A stretch of DNA of 64,000 nt, from the NCBI GenBank assembly GCA_965215185.1, contig OZ244034.1, positions 928,001 to 992,000 on the forward strand, read 5' to 3'. The position numbers were made by a program, and so were the translations under genes. The notes under the pieces are model-generated. The model saw only the letters and a list, made by a program, of their open reading frames with translations, had not been told where the DNA came from and did no database searches. Each line of letters starts with the position of its first letter. Within the stretch, counting starts at the first letter, position 1. Source of the stretch: Acidimicrobiia bacterium. GTDB lineage: Bacteria; Actinomycetota; Acidimicrobiia; Spongiisociales; ZC4RG35. Below, one piece after another: positions 43,283 to 53,178 of this stretch.

Positions 43283-44146
43283 CTAGCCGAGCTCGAACCA
43301 CGTCGGCTGGTGGTCCGATCCGGCCGCGTCATCGTCGATCCACGCCGACTTGACCAACGACGCCAGGCCAGGGGTCACGAATCCGTAGTCGAGCTTCAAG
43401 CCGACCTCGAACCCCTGGCTCTCGTCGTACCAGGTGATTCCCTCCTCGACAGGGTTGCCGGCCGCGGTCCACGTGTCCACCAGCCGGTCACCTGCGAGAG
43501 TACGGCCGTAGTAGTAGTCAGCCTCGCCGACGATGAGCGGGTACTCGGCCGACGTTGGAGTCAGGTTGAAGTCGCCCATCGCCACGAACTCAGCGGGCGC
43601 TGGGCTCTCGGCGATACCCAGCCATTCGATGCCGGTGACCGACACTCCGTCAAAGGGAACTCGAAACAGAAGCGGCAGCAGGTACTCGATCGCGGTTCGC
43701 CGTAGCCGGGGGTTGACCGCATCGAGATGGAGCGAGTAGCACCGAAGAGGCCCAGACGGGGCGTCGATGACTGCTTCAAGCGCGCCGAGTTGATATCCGT
43801 GGGCATTGATGACCCTGACTCTCGGCAACAGCAGATTCCGGCGCGACAGGATCGGCCAGCGGGAAAGGACCACGTTGCCGAACTGAAGTCGACGATGCTC
43901 GATTGGCCCACTGGCAGTTCTCGGGCTCGCGTCGAGATCGACGTTGGCTCCGTACACCCAGTGATGCTGAGTGAGCAACTCGCCCAGCTGGGCTGGTTGA
44001 TCTTTGTCAGGAACCGCGTCGACGTTGCGCACGACTTCCTGCAGTGCGATCACGTCGGCGCCACGGACCGCGTTGGCGATTCTCCCGAGGTCGAAGCGGC
44101 CGTCCTTTCCCTGTGAGTAGCGGATGTTGTATGACACGAACTTCAT
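43283..44146 (-). CDS. Endonuclease/exonuclease/phosphatase family protein
   Basis: SYNI, ALQEV, GDFN, LDY, SDH. Confidence 0.92.
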   Translation of the reverse strand: MKFVSYNIRYSQGKDGRFDLGRIANAVRGADVIALQEVVRNVDAVPDKDQPAQLGELLTQHHWVYGANVDLDASPRTASGPIEHRRLQFGNVVLSRWPILSRRNLLLPRVRVINAHGYQLGALEAVIDAPSGPLRCYSLHLDAVNPRLRRTAIEYLLPLLFRVPFDGVSVTGIEWLGIAESPAPAEFVAMGDFNLTPTSAEYPLIVGEADYYYGRTLAGDRLVDTWTAAGNPVEEGITWYDESQGFEVGLKLDYGFVTPGLASLVKSAWIDDDAAGSDHQPTWFELG

Positions 44147-44183
44147 CAGAGCGCCCTCGGAGGAGCCGGCAGGGCCGCGTCGG

Positions 44184-45317
44184 CTAGTTGATGGCCCATT
44201 GCTGGGGACGACGCGCTGAACTCACTGTCGCGCCCCCCTCCTCGCTGATCGGACGACGGGGCTTACCGACTATCGACGAGCCTTCCCGATCGGCTAGATG
44301 GCACGCAGCCCAATGGTTGGGGATGATCTCACGGAGCTCGGGCACCTCAGCACGGCAGCGGTCGACAACCAACGGGCAGCGCGTCGAGAACACGCACCCG
44401 GGCGGTGGCGCCGCGGGACTCGGAACCTCTCCGACGAGAGGGATGCGGGTCCGGCCGGACTCGATCATCGGATCTGGAACGGGAACCGCCGACAACAAGG
44501 CCTGCGTGTACGGGTGGAGCGTCGCCTCGAACAGAGACTCAGTCTCGGCGAGCTCGACGATGTGTCCGAGATACATCACCGCCACTCGGTCGGAGATGTG
44601 CTCCACCATCGAGAGGTCGTGGGCCACGAACAGGTAGGCGATTCCGAACTCGTCCTGAAGATCGGCCAGGAGGTTGATCGCCTGCGCTTGGATCGACACA
44701 TCGAGCGCAGAGATGGGCTCGTCGCAGACGATCAGGTCGGGGCTGAGGGCGAGCGCCCGGGCGATGTTGATGCGCTGGCGCTGACCCCCGGAGAACTCGT
44801 GGGGGTAGCGGGTGCGGTGAGCGGCCCGGAGGCCCACCAGGTCGAGAAGCTCGAGCACCCGGTCGAGGATCTGTTGCGGTGCCATCTCGGTGTGGACCCT
44901 CATCGGCTCGCCGATGATGCGGCCTACGGTGTGACGGGGATTCAGCGACGCGTACGAGTCTTGGAAGATCATCTGCATACGCGGTCGGAGCTTGCGCAGC
45001 TCCTTCTCGCCGAGGGTCGTGAGCTCGATGTCGCCCAGCCAGACCTGGCCGGAAGAAGGGCGATGGAGCTGCAGGACAGCCCGCCCGGTCGTGGACTTGC
45101 CGCACCCGCTCTCGCCGACCAGCCCGAGCGTCTCGCCCGCGAAGAGCTCGAAGCTCACACCATCGACCGCCTTGATCGGCATGTCGATCGACTTGCCCGG
45201 GAAGTACTTCGTCATGTTCACGACCCGGAGCACCGGCTCAGCAGGACTGCTGGCCGCGGCCACCGGCTCCGACCTGGCGACGGGCTCGACCGGCTCAGTG
45301 GAAGCGAGCTCAGTCAT
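44184..45317 (-). CDS. Peptide ABC ATPase (DppF-like)
   Basis: GESGCGKS, FSGGQRQR, DEPISALD. Confidence 0.93.
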   Translation of the reverse strand: MTELASTEPVEPVARSEPVAAASSPAEPVLRVVNMTKYFPGKSIDMPIKAVDGVSFELFAGETLGLVGESGCGKSTTGRAVLQLHRPSSGQVWLGDIELTTLGEKELRKLRPRMQMIFQDSYASLNPRHTVGRIIGEPMRVHTEMAPQQILDRVLELLDLVGLRAAHRTRYPHEFSGGQRQRINIARALALSPDLIVCDEPISALDVSIQAQAINLLADLQDEFGIAYLFVAHDLSMVEHISDRVAVMYLGHIVELAETESLFEATLHPYTQALLSAVPVPDPMIESGRTRIPLVGEVPSPAAPPPGCVFSTRCPLVVDRCRAEVPELREIIPNHWAACHLADREGSSIVGKPRRPISEEGGATVSSARRPQQWAIN

Positions 45318-46317
45318 GTCGGGGCGCTCCCGCCTCGACGTCGTAGAAACACGCGACGTGTCGGCCGCGGGTCGGCTCGAACAGCGGCGGCACCTCGCTT
45401 ATGCAGCGGTCGAACACATGGGGGCAGCGAGCCGCGAACGGGCAATGGGTTGGCTCGTCGATGAGATCGGGCGGCATACCGGGGATGCTGATCAACCGGT
45501 CGGCCCGGTTGGCCTTCTTGGGCAGAGCGTCTAGGAGCCCGATTGTGTACGGGTGCAGCGGCCGCTGGTATAGGCTGGCCACATCGGAGATCTCTACGAG
45601 CTGGCCGGCGTACATGACTGCTACTCGGTCGGCCAGACCAGCGACAACGCCGAGGTCGTGCGTGATCCAGATCAGGGCCAGCCCGAGCTCGTCGCGCAAG
45701 TCGTGCATAAGCTCCACGATTTGGGCCTGTATCGTCACGTCGAGCGCCGTCGTCGGCTCATCGGCAATCACCAGCTGGGGGTCGCAGGCCACTGCGACAG
45801 CGATCATGACGCGCTGTCGCATGCCTCCGGAGAACTCGTGAGGGTAGGCGTCGGCGCGTCCCACGGCGTCGGGTATCCCGACCCTCTCCAGCAGTTCGAT
45901 GGCGCGCTTGCGAGCCTGCCGCCTCGATAGACCGAGATGGGTGCGGATCACGTCGATGAGCTGGGTGGAGATTCGCACTGTTGGATTGAGGGAGCTCATG
46001 GGATCCTGGGAAACGAACCCGATCTCGGCCCCTCGAACCCGTCGCAGCCGGCGCTGGGACTCCTCAAGGAGGCTGATCGTTCCGTCCGCGGTTTCGAACG
46101 TCGCGGTGCCGTTGGATATCCGTGCCGGTGGCTCGGCGAGCAGCCGCAGCAGGGCGAGCATCGTGACAGACTTCCCGCTTCCGCTTTCGCCCACGATGGC
46201 CAGCGTCTCACCCTTGGCGACGGAGAGCGTCACTCCGTTGACCGCATGCACGGTTCCTTCCGGGATGTCGAACCGGACCTCAAGGTTCTTCACGTCGAGA
46301 AGTTTCGTTGTGTTCAC
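45310..46317 (-). CDS. Peptide ABC ATPase (DppD-like)
   Basis: GESGSGKS, FSGGMRQR, DEPTTALD; GTG start overlaps the dppC-like stop. Confidence 0.92.
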   Translation of the reverse strand: MNTTKLLDVKNLEVRFDIPEGTVHAVNGVTLSVAKGETLAIVGESGSGKSVTMLALLRLLAEPPARISNGTATFETADGTISLLEESQRRLRRVRGAEIGFVSQDPMSSLNPTVRISTQLIDVIRTHLGLSRRQARKRAIELLERVGIPDAVGRADAYPHEFSGGMRQRVMIAVAVACDPQLVIADEPTTALDVTIQAQIVELMHDLRDELGLALIWITHDLGVVAGLADRVAVMYAGQLVEISDVASLYQRPLHPYTIGLLDALPKKANRADRLISIPGMPPDLIDEPTHCPFAARCPHVFDRCISEVPPLFEPTRGRHVACFYDVEAGAPRHD

Positions 46318-47273
46318 TGTTTCACTCGTCGAGATCGGGGGTCGAGCGCGTCGCGCAACCAATCGCCGAACATGTTGAGCCCGAGCCCGGCAAGCAGAAT
46401 GGCGAAGCCCGGTGCGAGCGATATCCACGGACGGATCGCGAGCACGCCTCGACCGGCGTTGATCATGTTGCCCCAGCTCGGCGTGCTGGGCGGTACGGAC
46501 AGACCGAGGAATCCGAGGCCGGCCTCATAGAGGATCATGGCCGACATCTCGAACGTGGCCAGCGTGGCCAGCGGGCCGACAAGGTTGGGCAGCAGGTGCA
46601 GCCACAGGATCTGGCCCTCCGGTACGCCGACGTTCCTCGCTGCCTCGATGAACATGCTCTCCCGGAGCTTCAAGACCTCACCCCGCGTCACTCGGGCGAA
46701 CACCGGAATCGAAGTGAAACCGAAGATGAGGATCACGTTGATCAGGCTTCGCCCGACGACGGCGGCGAAGAAAACCACGAACAACAGGTAGGGCAGCGAC
46801 AGGATCAGGTTGATGAAGCCGACGATGGCGGCGTCGATCTTGCCGCCTCGGTACCCGGCGATAAGACCGATCGCCATCCCCAGCGTGATGGCGATTCCAA
46901 CGCCACCGAGAGCCACACCAAGCGAGACGCGGGTTCCGAAGATGATGCGGCTGAGAATGTCACGTCCGAGTGTGTCCGTGCCGACCAGGTAGTCGGTGGA
47001 GCCATCATAGGTCCAGAACGGCGGGGTATTGGCGTCACTCAGAGTCTGTTGGAGAGGATCATGGGGGGCGATCCACGGAGCGAACACCGCAACGATGAGC
47101 AACATGATGAAGACGAAGGCCCCGAACGTGCCGCCCTTGGACTGGCGAAGCAGCCTCAGGGCATCACGAATCCGGGCCCGGATTCGCAGGTCCTTCTCAA
47201 TATCGACTTGATGGCCGGTTTCGATCTCGCCGGCAGCAGAATCAGCGCCTGCCCGAGCGCTGTGATCAGTCAT
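46314..47273 (-). CDS. Peptide ABC permease (DppC-like)
   Basis: GTDTLGRD, FIEAA, LGFLGL. Confidence 0.92.
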   Translation of the reverse strand: MTDHSARAGADSAAGEIETGHQVDIEKDLRIRARIRDALRLLRQSKGGTFGAFVFIMLLIVAVFAPWIAPHDPLQQTLSDANTPPFWTYDGSTDYLVGTDTLGRDILSRIIFGTRVSLGVALGGVGIAITLGMAIGLIAGYRGGKIDAAIVGFINLILSLPYLLFVVFFAAVVGRSLINVILIFGFTSIPVFARVTRGEVLKLRESMFIEAARNVGVPEGQILWLHLLPNLVGPLATLATFEMSAMILYEAGLGFLGLSVPPSTPSWGNMINAGRGVLAIRPWISLAPGFAILLAGLGLNMFGDWLRDALDPRSRRVKQ

Positions 47274-48304
47274 GTGATCCCCTCTCCGTATGGCTTCGGC
47301 ATCGTCGCCGACGCATCGTCCGCAGTTCGTTTGCGCCGACGGTTCCCCGTCTGTCCCAGCTTGCCCACTCTGATTCGCGGGTCGGCGACTGTGTACAGCA
47401 CGTCAGCAAGAAGTGAGAAGAATATGACGAGGAGCGCGCCGAAGAAAGCTATTCCCTGCACAAGCTGGAAGTCGCGGTTGCTTACCGCCTCGGCCAACAA
47501 CCCTCCCGCTCCCGGCCAAGCAAAAACAGCTTCGATATACAGCGATCCACCCAGCAGCGCCCCGATCTGCAGGCTCATTACGCTGATGAGCGGGATGAGA
47601 GCGTTGCGCAGGATGTAGCGTCTGTAGATGACCAGCGCTCGGAGGCCTTTGCTGCGAGCGATGCGGACGTACTCCTCGTTGACGATCTCGAGCACTGACG
47701 ATCTCGTGAACCGCAGAAGCTGAGCCATCGGAAACAAGCCGAGCGCGACCGCCGGCAAGATGATCGACTTGTTAGGTATGGTGAAAAACCACATCGATAT
47801 CGTGCCGCGCCCGAACGACGGCAGCCACCTGAGCTGAACGGCGAACACCACGATGAAGACCAACGCCAGCCAGAAATTCGGAATCGTCTGGCCCAGCAGA
47901 CCGAGACCGCGCGCCGCACTATCCCAGCGGCCGCCCGCCTTGACACCCGCGAGGATGCCGAGCGGTACTCCGACCGCTACCGCTAAGGCCATCGCCGCGA
48001 GGCCGAGCTCGATCGTCGCCGGCATCCGGTCGAAGACCACTTCTCGTACCGGGACCTTGTAGCGAAGCGAACTACCGAAGTCGAGGCGGGCCGCGTCCGC
48101 CACGAAGTCGACAAACTGCTCAACAACGGTCTTGTCCAGGCCATACGCCTGCCGTGCCGCCTCTCTTTGCTCCTGGGTTGCCTCCCGGGGAACTAGCAGG
48201 TTGGTCGGGTCCCCTGACACTCGCAGCATCAAGAAGACGATCACCATCACGCCGAGCACCAGCAGCAGTGCCTGGCCTATGCGCCCGACTAGGTACCTCT
48301 TCAC
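47270..48304 (-). CDS. Peptide ABC permease (DppB-like)
   Basis: GDP, EYVRIARSKG, EAVFAWPG, DPRI. Confidence 0.92.
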   Translation of the reverse strand: MKRYLVGRIGQALLLVLGVMVIVFLMLRVSGDPTNLLVPREATQEQREAARQAYGLDKTVVEQFVDFVADAARLDFGSSLRYKVPVREVVFDRMPATIELGLAAMALAVAVGVPLGILAGVKAGGRWDSAARGLGLLGQTIPNFWLALVFIVVFAVQLRWLPSFGRGTISMWFFTIPNKSIILPAVALGLFPMAQLLRFTRSSVLEIVNEEYVRIARSKGLRALVIYRRYILRNALIPLISVMSLQIGALLGGSLYIEAVFAWPGAGGLLAEAVSNRDFQLVQGIAFFGALLVIFFSLLADVLYTVADPRIRVGKLGQTGNRRRKRTADDASATMPKPYGEGIT

Positions 48305-48405
48305 CGACTCTCTCCCTCTGCTCGGCCCTTTTCATCTTGATTGGTGGGACCGAGGCGCAACACCCCGGCCCCACCAATGGATGACAGCTCAGTAACCTGC
48401 GTCGA

Positions 48406-49944
48406 TCAGCCGGCCACCTCCAAGTCCCAAAGCCAGTACTCCTCGGCCGAACGCGGCTTGTAGTTGGCGACCCGATCACTCGTTGCTTCGAACGAGAACG
48501 GCACGTAGAGATAGATGAACGGTGGGTCGTCGTACATCTGCTGCTGCAATTGCCGGTACAGATCCGCACGAGCGTTGTCGTCGGGGGTCGCGAGTATCTC
48601 AAGGAGGAGGCTGTCAACCACCGGGTCGGACCATGCTGAGTAGCTCGCAGCTTGGCCGCCCATGGCCCCTTGCAGGCGGTCCCAGCCCTCGGGATTGGCG
48701 TTCGACCAACTGTCACCGAACAACGGCGGCAACTGCTTGTCCGCCTCCAGATCCCAGTACGCCCCGGACTCCATGATATCGAGCGACACGTTCACTCCTA
48801 CCTCGCCGAGCTGGGCCGCGACGGATTCGCACACCTGCTCGAAGTTGGTGTAGGCAGCTGACGGGCAGGCGAATCCGATGTCGAACCCCTCGGGATACCC
48901 GGCTTCGGCCAACAACTCCCGCGCCCGATCAGGGTCGTAGGAGAAGGGCGCGAGCGCATCGTTGTAACCGAAGTCGGCGGCCGTCATCAGCCCGGTGGCT
49001 CGGACGCCGTTGCCGTTGAACAGAGCGCCGATGACGCCATCGACGTCGACCGCATGGTTGAGGGCTTGGCGCACTCTGGGATCTTCGGTTGGTTGACCCA
49101 CACCGGAGGTGAGGTTGTTGAACGCGATGTAGTAGACCCGGTTGGTCGGATACTCAATGACGTTGACTCCGTCTACGCCCTCCAGCGATGCGGCTTCGTC
49201 GGGGCTGAGGCGGCTCACGATGTCGACTTCGCCCGTCTGGATCGCTGCGGCCCTGGTGGAGGACTCGGTGATCGGCCGGAAGATGATCCGGTCGAGCTTG
49301 GGGTAGCCCTTGCGCCAGTAGTTCGGGTTCCGGTCCAACACGATGCGGTCGCCCCGGACCCACTCGGTCAGCATGAACGGACCGGTGCCGATCGGCTCTT
49401 GGCCGAAGCCCGTCAGCCCGACCTCGGAGTAGTACTTGGGAGGAACGAAGAACCATATGGCGCCGGTGAGGCCGAGGAACAGTGCGTTGGGTTCCTGTGC
49501 GACTAGCTCGACGGTGTATTCGTCGATCTTGTTCACCTCGGCCGCTCGTTCGTAGTAGTTGAAGTAAGCGTTCTCCGGCTGCTTTTGCACTTCCCACGAG
49601 AACACCACGGCGTCCGCGTTGAACGGCTCGCCGTTGTGGAACATCACGTCCTCGCGCAGCTTGAACGTGTACCTGAGACCATCGTCGGACACTGTCCACG
49701 ACTCGGCGAGGGCCGGCTCGAACTCCAGGTCGTCGTTGATCCACACCAGCGGGTCGAATATCTGGTTGGACACGTTGCCCGCGTTTCGCTCGGCTGCGTT
49801 CGCACCGTCGAGCGCGTTGGGCTGCGTCGTGAGCGCGATCATCAGCTCGCCGCCCGGGGCTGTGCCACAAGCCGCCGCCATCAGAGCGAAGACGCCCACA
49901 AGCAAACACAATTTCCTCATTCTGGATATACGGTTATATGTCAT
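48406..49944 (-). CDS. ABC substrate-binding lipoprotein, family 5
   Basis: MAAAC lipobox, FHNGEP, GTGPF, VRQALN. Confidence 0.92.
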   Translation of the reverse strand: MTYNRISRMRKLCLLVGVFALMAAACGTAPGGELMIALTTQPNALDGANAAERNAGNVSNQIFDPLVWINDDLEFEPALAESWTVSDDGLRYTFKLREDVMFHNGEPFNADAVVFSWEVQKQPENAYFNYYERAAEVNKIDEYTVELVAQEPNALFLGLTGAIWFFVPPKYYSEVGLTGFGQEPIGTGPFMLTEWVRGDRIVLDRNPNYWRKGYPKLDRIIFRPITESSTRAAAIQTGEVDIVSRLSPDEAASLEGVDGVNVIEYPTNRVYYIAFNNLTSGVGQPTEDPRVRQALNHAVDVDGVIGALFNGNGVRATGLMTAADFGYNDALAPFSYDPDRARELLAEAGYPEGFDIGFACPSAAYTNFEQVCESVAAQLGEVGVNVSLDIMESGAYWDLEADKQLPPLFGDSWSNANPEGWDRLQGAMGGQAASYSAWSDPVVDSLLLEILATPDDNARADLYRQLQQQMYDDPPFIYLYVPFSFEATSDRVANYKPRSAEEYWLWDLEVAG

Positions 49945-50044
49945 GTTTTCGCCTCCTGGTTGTTGCTGAAACGCCCCGGGTATCCCGGAGTGTGTTTTAC
50001 TTGAGTCCAGCTCGCTGGACTCGCTTCTGTTAATCATGGTAGTT

Positions 50045-50180
50045 GGTCCGGAACTGGCTTCGAGGGTGCGGTGCCGTTGGCCATCGCGAACTTAGCTTTG
50101 GTGGTGTAACGGGTGGGGTCTCCCACTCCGGCAAGGATCTCGGCTGCGACCAGGGCACCGATGCCGTAAATGTGAGCCTG
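50045..50180 (-). mobile_element. IS110 C-type transposase internal fragment
   Basis: HIYGIGALVAAEILAGVGDPTRYTTKAKFAMANGTAP matches 56066-57094. Confidence 0.8.
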
Positions 50181-50478
50181 TATACATGTCTGTGTGAGGT
50201 GGGTTCTCTGAATCGCACCGATGCTCCTATTTTTGTCAAATTGATGCTTCTATGATCTCCAAATCGGGTTCGGGGGGTGGGTGGGCGTTTCGGTGGAGGG
50301 GTGGTTTCGGGGGTTGGTTGGTGGGTTTTCGAGGAGTCGGTAGAGCTGTCGGGCGATGTACCGTTTGAGACAGCGGCGGGTTTCGCGGGTGGTTTTGCCT
50401 TGGCTGGTGCGTTTGCCGATGTAGGCCCGGGTTTTGGGACAGTATCGGGAGCGGCTGATGGCGATGGTGTGGATGGCT

Positions 50479-51955
50479 TGATGCTCCTATGGTTGTCAAA
50501 TCGAGTTTTGGTGGGGTGTGAGGGTGGTGAGCCATTGGTGGTATTGGGTGGCGAGTTGATGGTTGTGGTAGATGCCTCGCTCGAGTTGTGAGAGGCGTAC
50601 TGGGTAGGTTTGTAGGGCTGTGGCGGCGTGGGTGAGGGTTGTTAGCGCGTTTTTGCGTAGACAGCGAAGATGGGCGCCGTTGGGAGTTTCGGGTGGATTG
50701 GTGAGCAGGTGGTAGATCTGGCGGGCGATGTGGCGTTTCAGGCAGCGGATGATCTCCCGGCGGTTTTTGCCTTCTGTTTGTCTTTTTTGGGCGTAGGCGA
50801 TGGTGGTCTGGTCGTAGCGCATGCGGGTGATGGCGATCCGCCACAGGGCATTGTTGGCTTGGCGGTTGCCGCCCCGGTTGAGCCGGTGGCGTATGGTCCG
50901 TCCCGACGACGCCTGGACGGGACTGGCGCCGCACAATGCTGCGAAGGACGCTTCCGATTGCATGCGTTCGGGGTTGTCACCGGCGGTGACCAACAGGGCA
51001 GCGGCGGTGTCGGCGCCGACTCTGGAGGCGGCTAACAGCGCCGGGTTGACCTGGGCGCAGAGATGGTTGATGTCGGTGGTGAGTTCTTCGATCTCGGCGG
51101 TGAGCGCCTGATATCGGCGGGCCAGGGAACGCAGCGCCTTTTTGGCGTAGGTGACGGTGATGGTGGCTGTTCGGGAACGGAAACCGGCGCAGGCCTTGAC
51201 GCGGGCTTTGGCCGGCAGTCTCTCTAGCTGGTGTTTGACCTGGTCGGGGGCGGTTACCACCAAAGCGTGCAGCTGGTTTATGGCCTGGGTGCGGGCTTTG
51301 GTCGCCGAACGGCGGGCCACCGAAAGCATCCGTATTGCTTCCACTCGACCGTTGCCGCTTTTGGGCACTGCGGTGGCCTGTCCGTTGAGAACCGCCCGTG
51401 CCGCTCCTTGGGCGTCGGTGGCGTCGGTCTTGCCCAACCGGCGGCGCAACTGCCGGTTGGGACGGTTCACCTCTGTCACCTGACACCGGCCTCGGTTAGA
51501 TAACGGGCCAGACCGGCGCCGTAACTGCCGGTGCCCTCTATACCGACCCGGACCACTCGACCGTGTGACCCCAACCAGTCGCCCAGTTGCTGATAACCGG
51601 CCGTGTCGGCCACGAAGGGGGCTGTTCCCAGGACCCGACCGGTGCTGTCCACCACCGCCGCCATGTGAACATCCCGGTGGGTGTCCACCCCACCGCACAC
51701 ATCTACCTGCTGACCTACTGACATGAACAATCCTCCTTGGATAGAATTCTGGCTAATCACCCAGACCCGGTGGCGGGTGGACAGACCACTCAGAATGAGG
51801 GAGAAGCAAAGCTCCTATCAGGTCACATCCGCCCACGGGTCGGGTGAACATCCCCCAGCCGGAAAACAGGCCGACAGATCAAGCCAAAGGCACAACGGCC
51901 AGGTTGAGTTTGGGTCAGACCTGCCCCGGCCTAGGGGCCCTTACAAGTATGAGTG
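50479..51955 (-). mobile_element. IS110 element A (recombinase 51724-50496, frameshift ~51480, C-terminal XRE-like HTH)
   Basis: GVDTH, GIEGTG, KTDATDA, SSG, HRLNRGGNR; CA core present at both junctions. Confidence 0.92.
51745..51935 (-). ncRNA. Predicted bridge RNA of IS110-A (ends approximate)
   Basis: Guides AACUCAACC (51910-51902), UGGCUUG (51886-51880), AUAGGAGC (51818-51811), UGAGUG (51792-51787) match the target flanks and element ends. Confidence 0.85.
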
Positions 51956-52859
51956 GTTGAGTTGGCGGTCGCCGCGTCGGTTCAGTCGGTGACGGGTGTG
52001 TTGTCCCGATGAGGCTTCGAGTGGTGCTACGCCGACTAGACGAGCGAAGGCGGCTTCGTTGCGGCAGCGGCGAGGATGAGACCAGGCAATGAACACTTGG
52101 GCGGCTGTGATAGGGCCGATCCCGGGTTGTTGGAGTAGCTGGGGAGCTACGGTTTGGACCAGTTCGGTGATAGTTGTTTTGAGTTCGGTTGCTTCGGTGG
52201 TGAGTGCGTGGATTCTCCGGGCTGCAGAACGCATCGCCTGTTTGGTGGCGGTGTGTTCGTTGGCCGGTGCTGATCTGAGTCGGAACTTGTGGCATTTGGT
52301 GACCAGGGCAGCAGTGCTCAGGTCACGCAGTTGGTCTCTGAGGTCAATGGGCGCGGTCACTAGGAGGGCTTTCAGTTCGTTGATCGCCGATGTTCTAGCT
52401 GTTATGGCACCACGGCGGGTAGTTTCCAGTACTCGTAGGGCTTCTCGTTCTCCCCTGGCCCGCGGTGTGGGAGGCCGGGAGCGGCCCAGCGCCTGGCGGG
52501 CGGCCCGGCGAGCGTCCAGTGCGTCGGTTTTGGCGCCGTCTCCGGTTGTTGGGTTGGGGTTGTTGAATTCTGTTACCCATTCACCTCGAGCGGCGAGATG
52601 GCTGGTCAGGCCTGCTTCATAGCTACCGGACCCTTCAACAGACCACACGCGACTGGCGGTCTGGGTGTGCTGGTCTGCCCATTTCAACAACCGGTCGTAT
52701 CCCACCCTGGTGGTCTCGAACATTGCGGATGCTTGTTCTCCGGTGGTGGCAGTGTCAACTACTGACGCGGTGACCCGATCACGGTCAGGATCGATTCCGA
52801 TCACATGCTCTACCGTTGTGGCCAACATCAGGACATCTCCCTTCTTCTTTGCGAACTGG

Positions 52860-53060
52860 GTTGTGCCCCGGCTGAGGCGCGATCCGCGAACGGCAGGACT
52901 GTGATGAGTCACACCCCTTTGGGGTGGACAGGCTTCTGATTAGGCCAGCGCGGTACGCCAGGTCGGCGCTGGTGGTCAATGTCGGACAGATCATAGGAAA
53001 GACACCAATCCGGGTCAGTCAAATTTAGGGTCACGACATCACTACCAGCACCGAGCCTGA
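52860..53060 (-). ncRNA. Predicted bridge RNA of IS110-B (ends approximate)
   Basis: Same scaffold as A (GACCC..guide..UG; UU..guide..AUCUGUC): AAAUUUGAC (53026-53018), UCCUAUG (52998-52992), AGAAGC (52937-52932), UCACAG (52904-52899). Confidence 0.8.
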
Positions 53061-53104
53061 GAACCTCCAAGAAGGGCACCCCCCCATATTCTCACAGTCA
53101 AATT

Positions 53105-53178
53105 GATGCTTTTATGATTTGGAAATCGCTTTTCGGGGGTGGGGGTTATTTGAGCTTTTTGGTGGGGGGTTTTCTAGT
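53105..53178 (-). mobile_element. Right end of a second B-type IS110 (B'), truncated by IS481
   Basis: LENPP...* followed by ATCATAAAAGCATC, like the B right end. Confidence 0.75.

Larger units (their letters stand above)
50243..53097 (-). mobile_element. IS110 element B (recombinase 52828-51956 + 50480-50250), interrupted by element A
   Basis: GIDPD, VEGSG, KTDALDA (DEDD), SSG; removing A restores in-frame RGDRQLN-QAIHTIA...CLKRYIARQLY. Confidence 0.92.

Noticed and set aside
50236-50934. 232-aa ORF across the IS110 junction
   Set aside because: Alternative-frame artefact spanning the A and B ends.
51470-51490. Programmed frameshift in IS110-A
   Set aside because: No slippery sequence seen and IS110 genes are normally single ORFs; probably a 1-bp deletion or sequencing error.
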